Shown: positions 1 to 9,940 of the stretch, one piece after another
How positions within the stretch are numbered: position 1 is the first letter of the stretch
Layout of the letters: each line of letters opens with the position of its first letter
NCBI GenBank assembly: GCA_027348385.1
Contig: DAIEPO010000002.1
Coordinates: forward strand, 1 to 51,840
DNA length: 51,840 nucleotides
Direction of reading: 5' to 3'
Source: a bacterium
GTDB taxonomy: Bacteria; Patescibacteriota; Doudnabacteria; UBA920; VMFF01
Translations under genes and position numbers: made by a program
The notes under the pieces: generated by a model
The model's input: only the letters and a program-made list of their open reading frames with translations
Told to the model about the DNA's origin: nothing
Database searches by the model: none

Positions 1-368
1 CAGAAATACAAGTTGTCCCAATTCCAGGTCCCAATGCAGCAATCACAGCACTCTGTGCTTCAGGACTACCAACTGATAAGTTCATATTCCTAGGCTTTGT
101 CCCTAAAACAGAAATTAAGTTCACCAATGAATTAAAAAGTGCCGAAGACTTAGAAGCAACCATCATCTTCTATGAATCCCCACATCGAATCATAAAAAGC
201 GTTGGCTTCATTGCAAACTCTTGGCCTAATGCAAAAGTTGTTGTTGCCAGAGAACTAACTAAAATACACGAAGAATTCATTAGAGGAACAGCCACAGAAG
301 TCAAAACCTTACTTGAAGCAAGAACAAGCATCAAAGGAGAGATAACCGTATTAGTAAGCTTCAAATAA
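1..368 (+). CDS. rsmI: 16S rRNA 2'-O-methyltransferase RsmI, C-terminal part (5' end outside window)
   Basis: Open frame from nt 3 to TAA 366-368. It translates to EIQVVPIPGPNAAITALCASGLPTDKFIFLGF...IIFYESPHRIIKS...VVARELTKIHEEFIRG, typical of the C-terminal half of RsmI-type methylases. Confidence 0.8.
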   Translation, partial: EIQVVPIPGPNAAITALCASGLPTDKFIFLGFVPKTEIKFTNELKSAEDLEATIIFYESPHRIIKSVGFIANSWPNAKVVVARELTKIHEEFIRGTATEVKTLLEARTSIKGEITVLVSFK

Positions 369-369
369 T

Positions 370-1080
370 ATGTCCGGGCATTCTAAATGGGCACAGATCA
401 AAAGAACAAAAGGAGCAGCTGATGTAAAAAAGGGTGCGCTCTTTTCAAAACTTTCAAAACAAATAACTATAGCGGCAAAAAATGGCACTAACCCTGATAC
501 AAACTTCAAACTTCGTCTAGCTATCCTAAAAGCTCGTGAAAATGCAATGCCTAACGATAACATTGATCGAGCAATCAAAAAAGCATCTGGTGCTGAAGCA
601 GGCAACATCCACACCCTGCAATACGAAGGTTACGGGCCAGCAGGCACAGCATTCATTGTTGAAGCTGCTAGTGATAACCCAAACAGAACATTTCAAAACA
701 TGCGCACGATCTTTACAAAAAACGGTGGCAATATCGGACAACCAGGCTCTGTTGCTTGGCAATTTCAAACTAAAGGTCAAATATTGGTTGAAAGAACAGA
801 GGATTTAACTAACATGGAATTAACTGCAATAGATGCAGGAGCAGATGATGTTAGAGAATCAACAGAAGGTCTTGAAATATATACTAAACCTGAAGACTTA
901 GAAAAAATTAAAAATCTCCTTAAAGAAAAAGGTGCAAAAATAGCGCAAGCAGAAATCATCATGGAATCTTCACAAGGAGTTGATCTAACCCCAGAACAAA
1001 TTCCTGCAGTGCACAAACTCTTCGATGCTCTTGCTGATGATGAGGACGTTGTTGCAGTACACACTTCAGCCAACCTTTAA
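370..1080 (+). CDS. yebC: YebC/PmpR family DNA-binding regulator
   Basis: 236 aa. The N-terminus MSGHSKWAQIKRTKGAADVKKGALFSKL is the family signature. Starts 1 nt after the rsmI stop. Confidence 0.9.
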   Translation: MSGHSKWAQIKRTKGAADVKKGALFSKLSKQITIAAKNGTNPDTNFKLRLAILKARENAMPNDNIDRAIKKASGAEAGNIHTLQYEGYGPAGTAFIVEAASDNPNRTFQNMRTIFTKNGGNIGQPGSVAWQFQTKGQILVERTEDLTNMELTAIDAGADDVRESTEGLEIYTKPEDLEKIKNLLKEKGAKIAQAEIIMESSQGVDLTPEQIPAVHKLFDALADDEDVVAVHTSANL

Positions 1081-1088
1081 CAAAAAAT

Positions 1089-1562
1089 ATGATCATACTA
1101 GGAATAGATCCAGGGACAGCCACAACAGGTTATGCCCTAATCAAAAAACAAAAGAATAACAGCTTTGAAATAGTTGATTTTGGAGTAATCTCAACCAAAA
1201 AAACAAAGAGCGATTCAGAAAGACTTTTAGAAGTCCAAAAAGATCTTGCTAAAATAATTACAAGGTACAAACCTGAAATTGCTGGTGTTGAAAAACTCTA
1301 CTTTGAAAACAATGCTAAAACCGCAATGACAGTCTCCCAAGCAAGAGGGGTGGTGCTTTTAACACTACAACAAAAAAAAGTTAAACTTCTAGAATTTACG
1401 CCACTTCAGGTTAAATCAATGATTTGTGGATATGGTAAAGCAGAAAAAAAACAAGTTCAACTAATGGTTCAAAAAACATTCAATTTAAAATCTTTACCAA
1501 AACCAGATGATGCGGCCGATGCTTTAGCCATAGCACTATGCGCTGGTTTCAAAAAAATATGA
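1089..1562 (+). CDS. ruvC: crossover junction endodeoxyribonuclease RuvC
   Basis: 157 aa. MIILGIDPGTATTGYA start and C-terminal PDDAADALAIAL motif. Confidence 0.9.
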   Translation: MIILGIDPGTATTGYALIKKQKNNSFEIVDFGVISTKKTKSDSERLLEVQKDLAKIITRYKPEIAGVEKLYFENNAKTAMTVSQARGVVLLTLQQKKVKLLEFTPLQVKSMICGYGKAEKKQVQLMVQKTFNLKSLPKPDDAADALAIALCAGFKKI

Positions 1563-3319
1563 ACAAAAATCTGACAAAAGAAACAATCAAAATATACTGG
1601 GACCATTCAAAAAAATACCGCTGGAATTTTGCTTTGATGATTCTTGCTTTAATTGGTGGGGTAGCAGCTGACCTTTATCGACCTTTCCTTTACAAAGCGC
1701 TATTCAATGAATTAATTTCCGATCAACCTGGCGTTGAAGCCAGACTCTTAACAATCTTGGTATACATGTTAATCGCCGGTTTAATTTCCTGGGTTTTTTG
1801 GAGAGCAGCAACTTTTCTAAACCAATACTTTGAGTTAAAAACAATTCGCGATCTAACGAACACTTGCTTTGCATACCTCCACCAACACTCATACAGCTTT
1901 TTCAACAACAACTTTGCTGGAAGCTTAGTACGTAAAGTCAACAAATTTTCAAGATCATATGAACAAATTGTTGATATCGCTTACTGGAACATTGGTCAAA
2001 TTGTTTTAAGGATCTTAATAATTGTCACTATTTTGTTTACAAAATACTGGTTAGTGGGAATAGTCGTGCTAGCCTGGGCAGTAGCATACATTAGTTTCCA
2101 ATTCTTCTTTTCAGAATACAAACTCAAATATGACATAGAAAGATCAAAGATAGACAGCCAGGTAACGGGTCAGTTAGCAGATACAATTTCAAACAATGTA
2201 AACATCAAGCTTTTTGGAACATTAAACTTTGAGATAAAATCATTCAAAGCTTTGGTTGATAAATGGTACAAAGTCCAACACTTTAGCTGGACACTAGCGG
2301 GTGTTGCAGAAATGATTCAGTCGCTATTAATGCTTAGCCTGGAGATCTGTGTTTTTTACTTTGCTATAAAATACAGAGAGGTAGCGCACCTTTCAGTTGG
2401 TGACTTTGTATTAATACAGATATATATAATAGGGCTGTTTGACCACCTCTGGGGTTTTGGTAAAAACATCCGTAAATATTACGAAGCAATGTCTGATGCT
2501 GAAGAAATGACCAGCCTACTGCTTACTGCGCATGGCATACAGGATACGCCAAATGCAAAGACCTTGGTAGTTAAAGAAGGAGCTATTACGTTTAAAAATG
2601 TTGAATTTGGTTATGAGCAAACCGGAACAGTGCTTAAGAAATTCGATTTAAACATAAAAGCTGGAGAAAAAATTGCCTTAATTGGCCCTTCTGGGGGAGG
2701 TAAATCAACAATCACTAGAATAATCTTTAGGTTCTTTGATCTACAAAAAGGAAAAGTCTTCATTGATAATCAAGACATTGCAAAAGTTACCCAAACAAGC
2801 TTAAGAGAAAATATTTCTCTGGTTCCTCAAGAACCGATTCTTTTCCATAGATCTCTGATGGAAAATATTCGTTATGGCAAACTTGATGCAACTGATACAG
2901 AAGTGGAAGCAGCTGCAAAACTTGCTCACTGCGATGAATTTATCAAAAAGTTTCCCGAGCAATACAAAACATTTGTTGGTGAGAGAGGTGTTAAACTCTC
3001 TGGCGGTGAAAGACAAAGAATAGCAATTGCCAGAGCAATTTTAAAAAATGCTCCAATTTTAGTTCTTGATGAAGCAACCTCCTCTCTTGATTCAGAATCT
3101 GAAAAACTAATTCAGGACGCTCTTGTAAACCTAATGCGTGGTAAGACAACAATTGTCATTGCGCACAGACTTTCAACAATTATGAACATGGATAGAATAA
3201 TTGTCATTGAAAATGGGGAGATAACTGAAGAGGGTAAACACAAAGAACTTCTCAAAGCAAACAAAGGAACATATCAAAGACTCTGGCAAATCCAAGCCGG
3301 AGGATTCAACAAAGCATAA
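1559..3319 (+). CDS. ABC exporter, fused permease/ATP-binding protein (MsbA-like)
   Basis: Multi-TM N-terminal half, then Walker A GPSGGGKST, signature LSGGERQR and Walker B ILVLDEATS. ATG 1559 overlaps the ruvC stop as ATGA. The ORF-track start at 1538 is also possible. Confidence 0.85.
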   Translation: MNKNLTKETIKIYWDHSKKYRWNFALMILALIGGVAADLYRPFLYKALFNELISDQPGVEARLLTILVYMLIAGLISWVFWRAATFLNQYFELKTIRDLTNTCFAYLHQHSYSFFNNNFAGSLVRKVNKFSRSYEQIVDIAYWNIGQIVLRILIIVTILFTKYWLVGIVVLAWAVAYISFQFFFSEYKLKYDIERSKIDSQVTGQLADTISNNVNIKLFGTLNFEIKSFKALVDKWYKVQHFSWTLAGVAEMIQSLLMLSLEICVFYFAIKYREVAHLSVGDFVLIQIYIIGLFDHLWGFGKNIRKYYEAMSDAEEMTSLLLTAHGIQDTPNAKTLVVKEGAITFKNVEFGYEQTGTVLKKFDLNIKAGEKIALIGPSGGGKSTITRIIFRFFDLQKGKVFIDNQDIAKVTQTSLRENISLVPQEPILFHRSLMENIRYGKLDATDTEVEAAAKLAHCDEFIKKFPEQYKTFVGERGVKLSGGERQRIAIARAILKNAPILVLDEATSSLDSESEKLIQDALVNLMRGKTTIVIAHRLSTIMNMDRIIVIENGEITEEGKHKELLKANKGTYQRLWQIQAGGFNKA

Positions 3320-3347
3320 AAAAACAGGGCCCTAAGCCCTGTTTTTA
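3318..3347. terminator. bidirectional intrinsic terminator between convergent ABC exporter and tyrS
   Basis: ACAGGGC-cctaa-GCCCTGT stem (3324-3342) flanked by an A-run and a T-run. Confidence 0.7.
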
Positions 3348-4517
3348 AACGATCTTTACAAAATTTCGTTTACCTACAGAAACAATTGAATCTTTGGGAA
3401 CAATGGAGATATAGCTTTCACAAGTCTTACCGTTTATCTTAACCCCTCCCTGATCAATCAAACGCCTGGCAACAGTATTACTTTGAGCAAGTCCTGTACC
3501 TATAAGAACCTCCATAATACTTCGTTCTGCAAGCTTAAAACCCTTTAAATTCGTAGGTATCTCCTTGTCCTTGTGCACCTTATCAAACTCTTCTCGCGCA
3601 TGTTCTGCGGCCTTGTTGCCATGATACAAACGCACCAATTCTGTTGCTAGACGAGCCTTGGCATCTCTTGGATTTAACTTACCAGATTTCAATTCTTTTT
3701 CTAGCTCTTCAATTTCAACAAGAGGAATGTGTGGAGTGCACATCACAAAATATGGCACAATCAAACGATCAAGAATAGACATGGTCTTACCAAACATTTG
3801 TGTTGGTGAATCTGTGATGTTTATAACATTACCCCAAGATGAACTCATCTTTCTACCATCAGTTCCTTCTAACAAATCAAAAGTCATAATTTCCTGAGGT
3901 GTTTGTTTGTAAAAACGTTGTAAGACTCTACCAGCAAGTAAATTAAAACGCTGATCTGTACCACCAACTTCTAGATCAGACTTGATTGCTACGGAATCAT
4001 AACCCTGCATCAGGGGATAGAGTAGCTCTCTTAAACTAACACGTTTTTGTTCTTTCATTCTTCTGGAAATATTTTCTCGGGCTTCAAACTCATGCAAAGA
4101 AAACTGGTCTGCCTGCTCTGCGATCTCTAAATATCCTAACTTTTTCAACCACTTTGAATTATAATGTATCTCTGCTTTCTTTAAATCAATGATTTTACCA
4201 AACTGAGATATGTAATTTTTCATGTTTGCTTTAACTTCCTTTGAAGAAAGCATTGGTCGTTCACTATCTTTGTCTGAAGTATCACCAATCAACCCCGTAA
4301 AATCTCCGATAATCAAAACTATTTTATGCCCAGCATTCTGCAAAGCTCTGAGCTTCCACAAAACAACAGCTCTACCAATATGAATTGATTTTGCTGTTGG
4401 ATCAATACCTAATTTAACACGTAGTTTCTTTTTACCAGCGAGTCGTTTCTTTAAACTAATTGGATCAATAATCTCATTAACACCACGGGTCAATATTTCG
4501 GATATATCTGTTTTCAT
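3345..4517 (-). CDS. tyrS: tyrosine--tRNA ligase
   Basis: GIDPTAKSIHIGRAV (HIGH region), KMSSSWGN (KMSKS loop) and a C-terminal S4-like domain. Start set at ATG 4517 (MKTDISEIL) because TATAAT lies exactly 6 nt upstream. The ORF track extends to 4544. Confidence 0.9.
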   Translation of the reverse strand: MKTDISEILTRGVNEIIDPISLKKRLAGKKKLRVKLGIDPTAKSIHIGRAVVLWKLRALQNAGHKIVLIIGDFTGLIGDTSDKDSERPMLSSKEVKANMKNYISQFGKIIDLKKAEIHYNSKWLKKLGYLEIAEQADQFSLHEFEARENISRRMKEQKRVSLRELLYPLMQGYDSVAIKSDLEVGGTDQRFNLLAGRVLQRFYKQTPQEIMTFDLLEGTDGRKMSSSWGNVINITDSPTQMFGKTMSILDRLIVPYFVMCTPHIPLVEIEELEKELKSGKLNPRDAKARLATELVRLYHGNKAAEHAREEFDKVHKDKEIPTNLKGFKLAERSIMEVLIGTGLAQSNTVARRLIDQGGVKINGKTCESYISIVPKDSIVSVGKRNFVKIV

Positions 4518-4523
4518 GTTGAT

Positions 4524-4529
4524 ATTATA
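4524..4529 (-). promoter_or_regulatory. -10 box TATAAT (with TGC extended -10) 6 nt upstream of the tyrS ATG; leaderless start
   Basis: Minus strand reads TTGCTATAAT-atcaac-ATG. Confidence 0.5.
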
Positions 4530-4550
4530 GCAACTTTTTAGCATCTAAGA

Positions 4551-4556
4551 TATAAT
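4551..4556 (+). promoter_or_regulatory. -10 box TATAAT 6 nt upstream of the PBP1A ATG; leaderless start
   Basis: Plus strand reads TATAAT-ccatgt-ATG(4563). Confidence 0.5.
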
Positions 4557-4562
4557 CCATGT

Positions 4563-7076
4563 ATGAATAAAATAAACTACTACCGCCCACAAGCATATAT
4601 TAAAAAGGGCGCTGGTTTCTGGAAAAAACTAAAAACAGCAATAAAAACAAAGCGTTTTTGGACCTGGGTAGTGCGCCTAGCAGCCTTAGGCTTTGCCACT
4701 TTAGCTTTCCTTTTCATCTGGTATTCAAAAGATCTCCCTGATCCAAACCGCCTGCTTTCAAGACAAGTTGCTCAATCAACAAAAATCCTTTCTCGGGATG
4801 GTGATCTGCTTTATGAAGTGCACGGTGAATACAAACGCACCCTCATTCCATATTCTGAAATGAATGACTATGTTAGAAATGCAACCATTGCCATAGAAGA
4901 TAAAAACTTCTACAACGAAAGTGGTATCAATCTCAAAGGAATTATGCGTTCTGTTTTTGTAAACTTTGTTTCTGGAAGCAAAGTTCAAGGTGGTAGCACC
5001 ATTACCCAACAGTTTGTTAAAAATGCAATCTTAACAAGAGAAAAAACCTGGGCTAGAAAAATAAAGGAGATAATTCTTTCAATTGAAATAAATGAAAGAT
5101 TCTCAAAAGATGACATCCTAAAACTCTACCTCAATGAAATACCGTATGGTAGCAATGCTTACGGTATTGAAGCTGCTGCTCAAACATACTTCAACAAACA
5201 TGCTAAAGACTTAACACTAGCAGAGGCAGCTTACATGGCAGCCCTACCACAATCACCAACCTACTACCAACCAAATGGTAGTCACAGAGATGCGCTTGAT
5301 GCCAGGAAAAATACTGTACTTTCTGAAATGAAAAAACAAGGTTACATTACTGAAGAACAATACAACCAAGCAAAAAAGGAAGAAGTGGTTTTCCAAAAAA
5401 TAAGGAACAGGATACTAGCACCTCACTTTGTGCAATACATTCAAAGCTACGTTACTGCAAAATATGGCGATGCAAACCTTGAAAGTGGGGGACTAAAAAT
5501 CACAACAACACTTGATTTAAAACTACAAGAAAAAGCGGAAAAGGCAGTGGAAGATGGAGTTGTAAAAAATGCTAAATCCTACAATGGAAACAATGCAGCT
5601 CTCGTTGCAATAGACCCTAAAACAGGGCAAATTCTGGCTATGGTTGGCTCTAAAGACTTCTTTGGAGAATCGACTCCAACAGGCTGTAAATCAGGCCTGA
5701 ACTGTACTTTTGAAGCAGAAGTTAACGTTGCTACCGCATTAAGACAAGCTGGTTCTTCAATGAAACCATATATTTATGTCACAGCTTTCAAACCAGAATT
5801 TGCACAAGCTCCAGCAACCTTGCGTTTAGATGTAGAAACAAACTTTGGAAAATACGGTAACAAAGATTACATCCCAAAAAACTACAATGGCCAAGTTCAT
5901 GGACCAGTTTCAATCAGACAAGCACTTGCGGGATCTTTAAACATTCCTGCAGTTAAAACTCTTGATTTAATTGGAGTTGATAACGCGGTTCAAACAATGC
6001 GTGATGTTGGTATTACCAGTCCTCTAAAAGACTGTGGTCTGTCCTTAGTACTTGGGGGATGCGAAGTAACCTTGGTTGATCATGTTAGTGGTTATGCAAC
6101 ATTTGCAAACGAAGGTGTGCATCACGAGACAGCGGGAATCTTGAAAATTGAAGATGCTAATGGAAACATTCTAGAAGAATACAAAGATCAAAGTAAGGAA
6201 GTTCTTGATCCTCAAAGCGTCTATGAATTAATCAGCATCATGACTGACAACGAATCAAGACAATTCACCTTTGGCTCAAGCTCAATATACCTAACACTTC
6301 CTGGAAGACCTGTGGCTGCAAAAACAGGAACAACACAAAACTTCCATGATGGCTGGGCGGTTGGATTTACTCCATCACTGGTTGCTGGAGTATGGACTGG
6401 AAACAATGATGGCGCTTTGATGAAAACAGATGCAGTCATTACTGCTGCACCAATTTGGAAACAATTCATGACTGAAGCGTTAAAAGACACTCCAGTTGAA
6501 CAATTCCCAGTACCAGATGGCATTCAAACCATCACAGTTGATGCACTTTCCGGAAAACTCCCAGGTGCATACACTACAGCAACAAAAACAGATGTTTTCG
6601 CAAGCTTTTCAGTACCAAAAGAATACGATGATCTACACCTTGCTGGTGGAGTCACGGTGCTACATTCAGAACGACCAGATAATATCTCCTGGGAACAACC
6701 TGTCGCAACCTGGGCTCTTAACCACGGCTATTCCTACATTCCAAAAGGAGACATGCCTATAGTTCAACCACCACAAATACCAGGACAAATAGACGTCGGC
6801 AGCCCACCAACAATCACAGTGATTGCACCAACAGATGGTTCTACTATCTCACAAGTACCTTTCTTCATTCAAGCACAAGTATCTCCTGATACAAACAACA
6901 AAATTGATAGAGTTGATCTATTAATCGACGGCTCATTTGTTCAAAGCTTAAACTTTGAACCTTACAGTTTCCAGATATCCCAGCAATTACCATCTGGTTT
7001 ACATTCTTTTGCACTGCATGCTGTTGATGACAAAGGGAATACTGCAGACACAAGCATCAAATTAAAATTTAAATAG
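4563..7076 (+). CDS. class A penicillin-binding protein (transglycosylase/transpeptidase, PBP1A-like)
   Basis: N-terminal TM anchor. GT51 motifs EDKNFY, GGSTITQQ and RKIKE. Transpeptidase motifs SSMK (SxxK) and KTGTT. About 110 aa C-terminal beta-rich extension. Confidence 0.9.
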   Translation: MNKINYYRPQAYIKKGAGFWKKLKTAIKTKRFWTWVVRLAALGFATLAFLFIWYSKDLPDPNRLLSRQVAQSTKILSRDGDLLYEVHGEYKRTLIPYSEMNDYVRNATIAIEDKNFYNESGINLKGIMRSVFVNFVSGSKVQGGSTITQQFVKNAILTREKTWARKIKEIILSIEINERFSKDDILKLYLNEIPYGSNAYGIEAAAQTYFNKHAKDLTLAEAAYMAALPQSPTYYQPNGSHRDALDARKNTVLSEMKKQGYITEEQYNQAKKEEVVFQKIRNRILAPHFVQYIQSYVTAKYGDANLESGGLKITTTLDLKLQEKAEKAVEDGVVKNAKSYNGNNAALVAIDPKTGQILAMVGSKDFFGESTPTGCKSGLNCTFEAEVNVATALRQAGSSMKPYIYVTAFKPEFAQAPATLRLDVETNFGKYGNKDYIPKNYNGQVHGPVSIRQALAGSLNIPAVKTLDLIGVDNAVQTMRDVGITSPLKDCGLSLVLGGCEVTLVDHVSGYATFANEGVHHETAGILKIEDANGNILEEYKDQSKEVLDPQSVYELISIMTDNESRQFTFGSSSIYLTLPGRPVAAKTGTTQNFHDGWAVGFTPSLVAGVWTGNNDGALMKTDAVITAAPIWKQFMTEALKDTPVEQFPVPDGIQTITVDALSGKLPGAYTTATKTDVFASFSVPKEYDDLHLAGGVTVLHSERPDNISWEQPVATWALNHGYSYIPKGDMPIVQPPQIPGQIDVGSPPTITVIAPTDGSTISQVPFFIQAQVSPDTNNKIDRVDLLIDGSFVQSLNFEPYSFQISQQLPSGLHSFALHAVDDKGNTADTSIKLKFK

Positions 7077-8237
7077 ATGTTCTATTTACTTTCCCTGCTA
7101 TTTATCCTTGCTCCTAGTTATGTAATCCGCTTTTCAATTTTTGGGCTACCAAGCAATTTACTTGAATTGTTGGTAGCTTTGTTTTTAGTCTGCTTCATTA
7201 TTTGGATAACTAAAAACAAACTGAGCAAGGAGTTTAAGGAATACATTCAAGCACAACCAAAGTTCTTCAAAACTTTTTTCCTCCTCTTTTTTATTTCTGG
7301 TTTTATCTCAACCTTTGTTGCACCTGACTTACAAAAAGCAGCCGGACAATTCTTAGTCTTGTTCTTAATGCCGATGCTAGTATATTTTCCTGCTGGTTTC
7401 ATTCTTGCAAACCCAATAAACAAAATACGATTTGTAAAAATTCTTTTCCTTGCAGTTGGAATAGTTTCAATCTATGGCATAATCCAATACTTTACTTTGA
7501 TTGGACTACCGAGTCAGTGGTGGGGCAATGCTAATGAACCAAAAAGAATACTAAGTTTCTTTGAATACCCAAATGCTTTTGCTTTATTTTTAGCTCCGCT
7601 TCTAGCATTCCTTCTTCCCTTTGTAAGACAGAGTGGCTTAAAAAATCTGGTCTACAAAGCATCATATGGCCTGGGTTTGATCGCTTTGCTACTAACACTC
7701 TCAAGGGGTGGCTGGCTTGGTTTACTTGTAGCCTTAGGCGTTTATACCCTTTTCTTTGCAGGCAAAAAAGAACGTTTTGTAGCCCTGACAGGCTTTGTTC
7801 TAGCGTCTATCATGGTCCTTGCAACCCCTAACTTAAGATACAGGGTTATTCTTCCTTTTATGGGTGAAAAATCAACAGTTAGTAGGTTTTCCCTTTGGCA
7901 AACTGCTGACAAAATGATTAATGACTCACCAATATTAGGCAAGGGTTTGACTGGTTTTAAAAGCAACTACGATCAATTCAATACTGATCCAAACCTTGCT
8001 TCATTAAACTATCCTCACAACATTTTCTTAAACTTTTGGGTAGAAACAGGGCTGTTGGGATTAATTTCGTTCTTAGGATTAAGCTACTTCTTTATAACTA
8101 AAGCGATTAAACAAAAAGGGTTGCTTAGTGTTGCAACAATCTTGTTTTTAACTGCACTGTACTTCCACGGTCTTGCAGATGCGCCGTATTTAAAAAATGA
8201 TCTGGCTTTAATATTTTGGATACTGTTGAGCTTATAA
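7077..8237 (+). CDS. O-antigen ligase (Wzy_C) family membrane protein
   Basis: 386 aa polytopic membrane protein with an LTLSRGGWLGLLVALG-type Wzy_C core. ATG directly follows the PBP1A stop. Confidence 0.7.
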   Translation: MFYLLSLLFILAPSYVIRFSIFGLPSNLLELLVALFLVCFIIWITKNKLSKEFKEYIQAQPKFFKTFFLLFFISGFISTFVAPDLQKAAGQFLVLFLMPMLVYFPAGFILANPINKIRFVKILFLAVGIVSIYGIIQYFTLIGLPSQWWGNANEPKRILSFFEYPNAFALFLAPLLAFLLPFVRQSGLKNLVYKASYGLGLIALLLTLSRGGWLGLLVALGVYTLFFAGKKERFVALTGFVLASIMVLATPNLRYRVILPFMGEKSTVSRFSLWQTADKMINDSPILGKGLTGFKSNYDQFNTDPNLASLNYPHNIFLNFWVETGLLGLISFLGLSYFFITKAIKQKGLLSVATILFLTALYFHGLADAPYLKNDLALIFWILLSL

Positions 8238-8240
8238 AAC

Positions 8241-8268
8241 AAAGCCCCGCATTTAGCGGGGCTTTTTC
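8241..8268 (+). terminator. intrinsic terminator
   Basis: AGCCCCGC-attta-GCGGGGCT followed by TTTTT. Confidence 0.75.
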
Positions 8269-8515
8269 TGACAAGTAGAATATCAGCTTACCAAACTCAG
8301 AATATTAATTTTGATTCATCCTGTCAATTTGTGTCTATGAATCAAACACCATTAGTAATAATGTTATAAAAAATTTAAGATGGTTTATTAGAAAATATAA
8401 GTTGGTAATCTACCCTCAAAACACCAATAATTGATGTGTTAAGGGCAGAGGGTTCTCAATTCATTTTGTAGTGAATCAGAACCCTTCCCGTATATTCGGC
8501 CGTTTAGTGGCCTGA

Positions 8516-9040
8516 TTATTCCTCCTGTTTAGCTGTGCTTTTTTGCCACTCACTCCACCTGCGATGGTAGCTCGGGAGCTCGCGGTCTTCACCAATGGGA
8601 TCTTTATATCCTGCACCTGTACTATGACCCCCATTTGCGGCAATGATTTCCGCTTCGGTGAACTCTCCGCTCGGTACTGGCGTAAATCCATGTTGAGTCC
8701 AGTAACCCAGACCATGGATAGTCTCTCCTTTGGTTTTATTCGATTTGACTCCATTGTTCTTCGCGACCGAATGTTGAATCTTCTTGCTTAGAGAAATTAA
8801 TAGCAAAAAAATTTCAACTATATCATTCGCTGGCAGGGCCGCTTCCTCTGCAGCAACCCATATAGTGTTCATCACGGATCTCTCTTGTTCGACGTTCTCG
8901 ACCGGAATTCTAAGCTCTGCTTTTGCCATTCCAACCCTCTCTGCTACAGCCATCCTTTTAGCAATCAGCTTAAGGATTTGTAGATCGATTTTCTTGATTC
9001 TGCTTCGCAGGTTCAGAAGCCGGTGTTCATAATTGTTCAT
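8516..9040 (-). CDS. chorismate mutase (AroQ class) fused to an uncharacterised ~80 aa C-terminal domain
   Basis: Residues 1-90 (LLNLRSRIKKIDLQILKLIAKRMAVAERVGMAKA...) look like a CM_2 helical domain. The remainder (GETIHGLGYWTQHGFTPVPSGEFTEAEIIAANGGHSTGAGYKDP...) I cannot place. SD GGAGGGG lies 6 nt upstream. GC-rich relative to the flanks. Confidence 0.7.
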   Translation of the reverse strand: MNNYEHRLLNLRSRIKKIDLQILKLIAKRMAVAERVGMAKAELRIPVENVEQERSVMNTIWVAAEEAALPANDIVEIFLLLISLSKKIQHSVAKNNGVKSNKTKGETIHGLGYWTQHGFTPVPSGEFTEAEIIAANGGHSTGAGYKDPIGEDRELPSYHRRWSEWQKSTAKQEE

Positions 9041-9058
9041 GGGTACCCCTCCATTGCT

Positions 9059-9895
9059 CTAGATGCAAGCAGAAATCAATTCCAGTTTGTACATCATGTA
9101 TCTGAACTGAAACAAGTTAAGTGATTGTGCACCGTCAGTTAACGCTTTTCTAGGATTGGGATGTACTTCAATAATGAGTCCGTTCGCGCCTGCTGCGATA
9201 GCCGCATAGCATAAAGCAGGAACAATATCACTGCGTCCGGCAGCATGGCTCGGATCAATGATGACAGGCAAATCAGTCATTGATTGCAGCACGGGTACAG
9301 CCGATATATCTAGAAGGTTCCTGGTGCAGCTATCAAAGCTGCGTAATCCACGTTCGCACAGAATTACCTGATCGTGGCCTCCTGCGTTCATAACGTATTC
9401 TGCGGCGAGCAAGAATTCCTTGATTGTCGCAGAAGGCCCCCGCTTCAGCAGGACAGGTTTCCCTGTTACTCCCGCTGCTTCGAGCAATGCGAAGTTTTGC
9501 ATGTTTCGTGCGCCAATTTGGATCGCATCAGCGTAGGAAGCGACCAGGTCAACATGTCGGGTATCCATTGCCTCAGTCACTACCGGCATATTGGTTTGAT
9601 TACTAACTTCGCGTAGAATTCGCAGTCCTTCCTCCTGCATTCCCCGAAATTCATATGGAGATGTTCTAGGTTTGAAAGCGCCGCCACGCAAGACTGTTGC
9701 CCCAGAACTCTGCACAGAACGAGCGGTTTGTTCCATCATTTCCAGCCCTTCTACTGAACATGGACCAGCAATCACAAACGGTCTGCGGTGCTGTGGTTGA
9801 AGATCACATCCACCAATATGCACATGTCCGATCTTAACCAAATTTTGGTGCTTCTTAACAGGAACTGCTTTCTCGTAACGCATTTTTCTTGTCAT
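9059..9895 (-). CDS. 3-deoxy-7-phosphoheptulonate (DAHP) synthase, type I-beta
   Basis: [37 protein letters not shown] and IIDPSHA motifs. Start placed at ATG 9895 (MTRKMRYE) with GGAGA 7 nt upstream. The ORF track extends to 9994. Confidence 0.85.
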   Translation of the reverse strand: MTRKMRYEKAVPVKKHQNLVKIGHVHIGGCDLQPQHRRPFVIAGPCSVEGLEMMEQTARSVQSSGATVLRGGAFKPRTSPYEFRGMQEEGLRILREVSNQTNMPVVTEAMDTRHVDLVASYADAIQIGARNMQNFALLEAAGVTGKPVLLKRGPSATIKEFLLAAEYVMNAGGHDQVILCERGLRSFDSCTRNLLDISAVPVLQSMTDLPVIIDPSHAAGRSDIVPALCYAAIAAGANGLIIEVHPNPRKALTDGAQSLNLFQFRYMMYKLELISACI

Positions 9896-9940
9896 TGTAT
9901 TTCTCCAGAGAGGGACAAGGGACGTGGTAAGGTTGTTAAA

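Noticed and set aside
8476-8791. Alternative-frame ORFs 8476-8754 minus and 8543-8791 plus within the chorismate mutase gene.
   Set aside because: They overlap the 174-aa frame that carries the SD and the CM domain. Their sequences look like frame-shifted noise.
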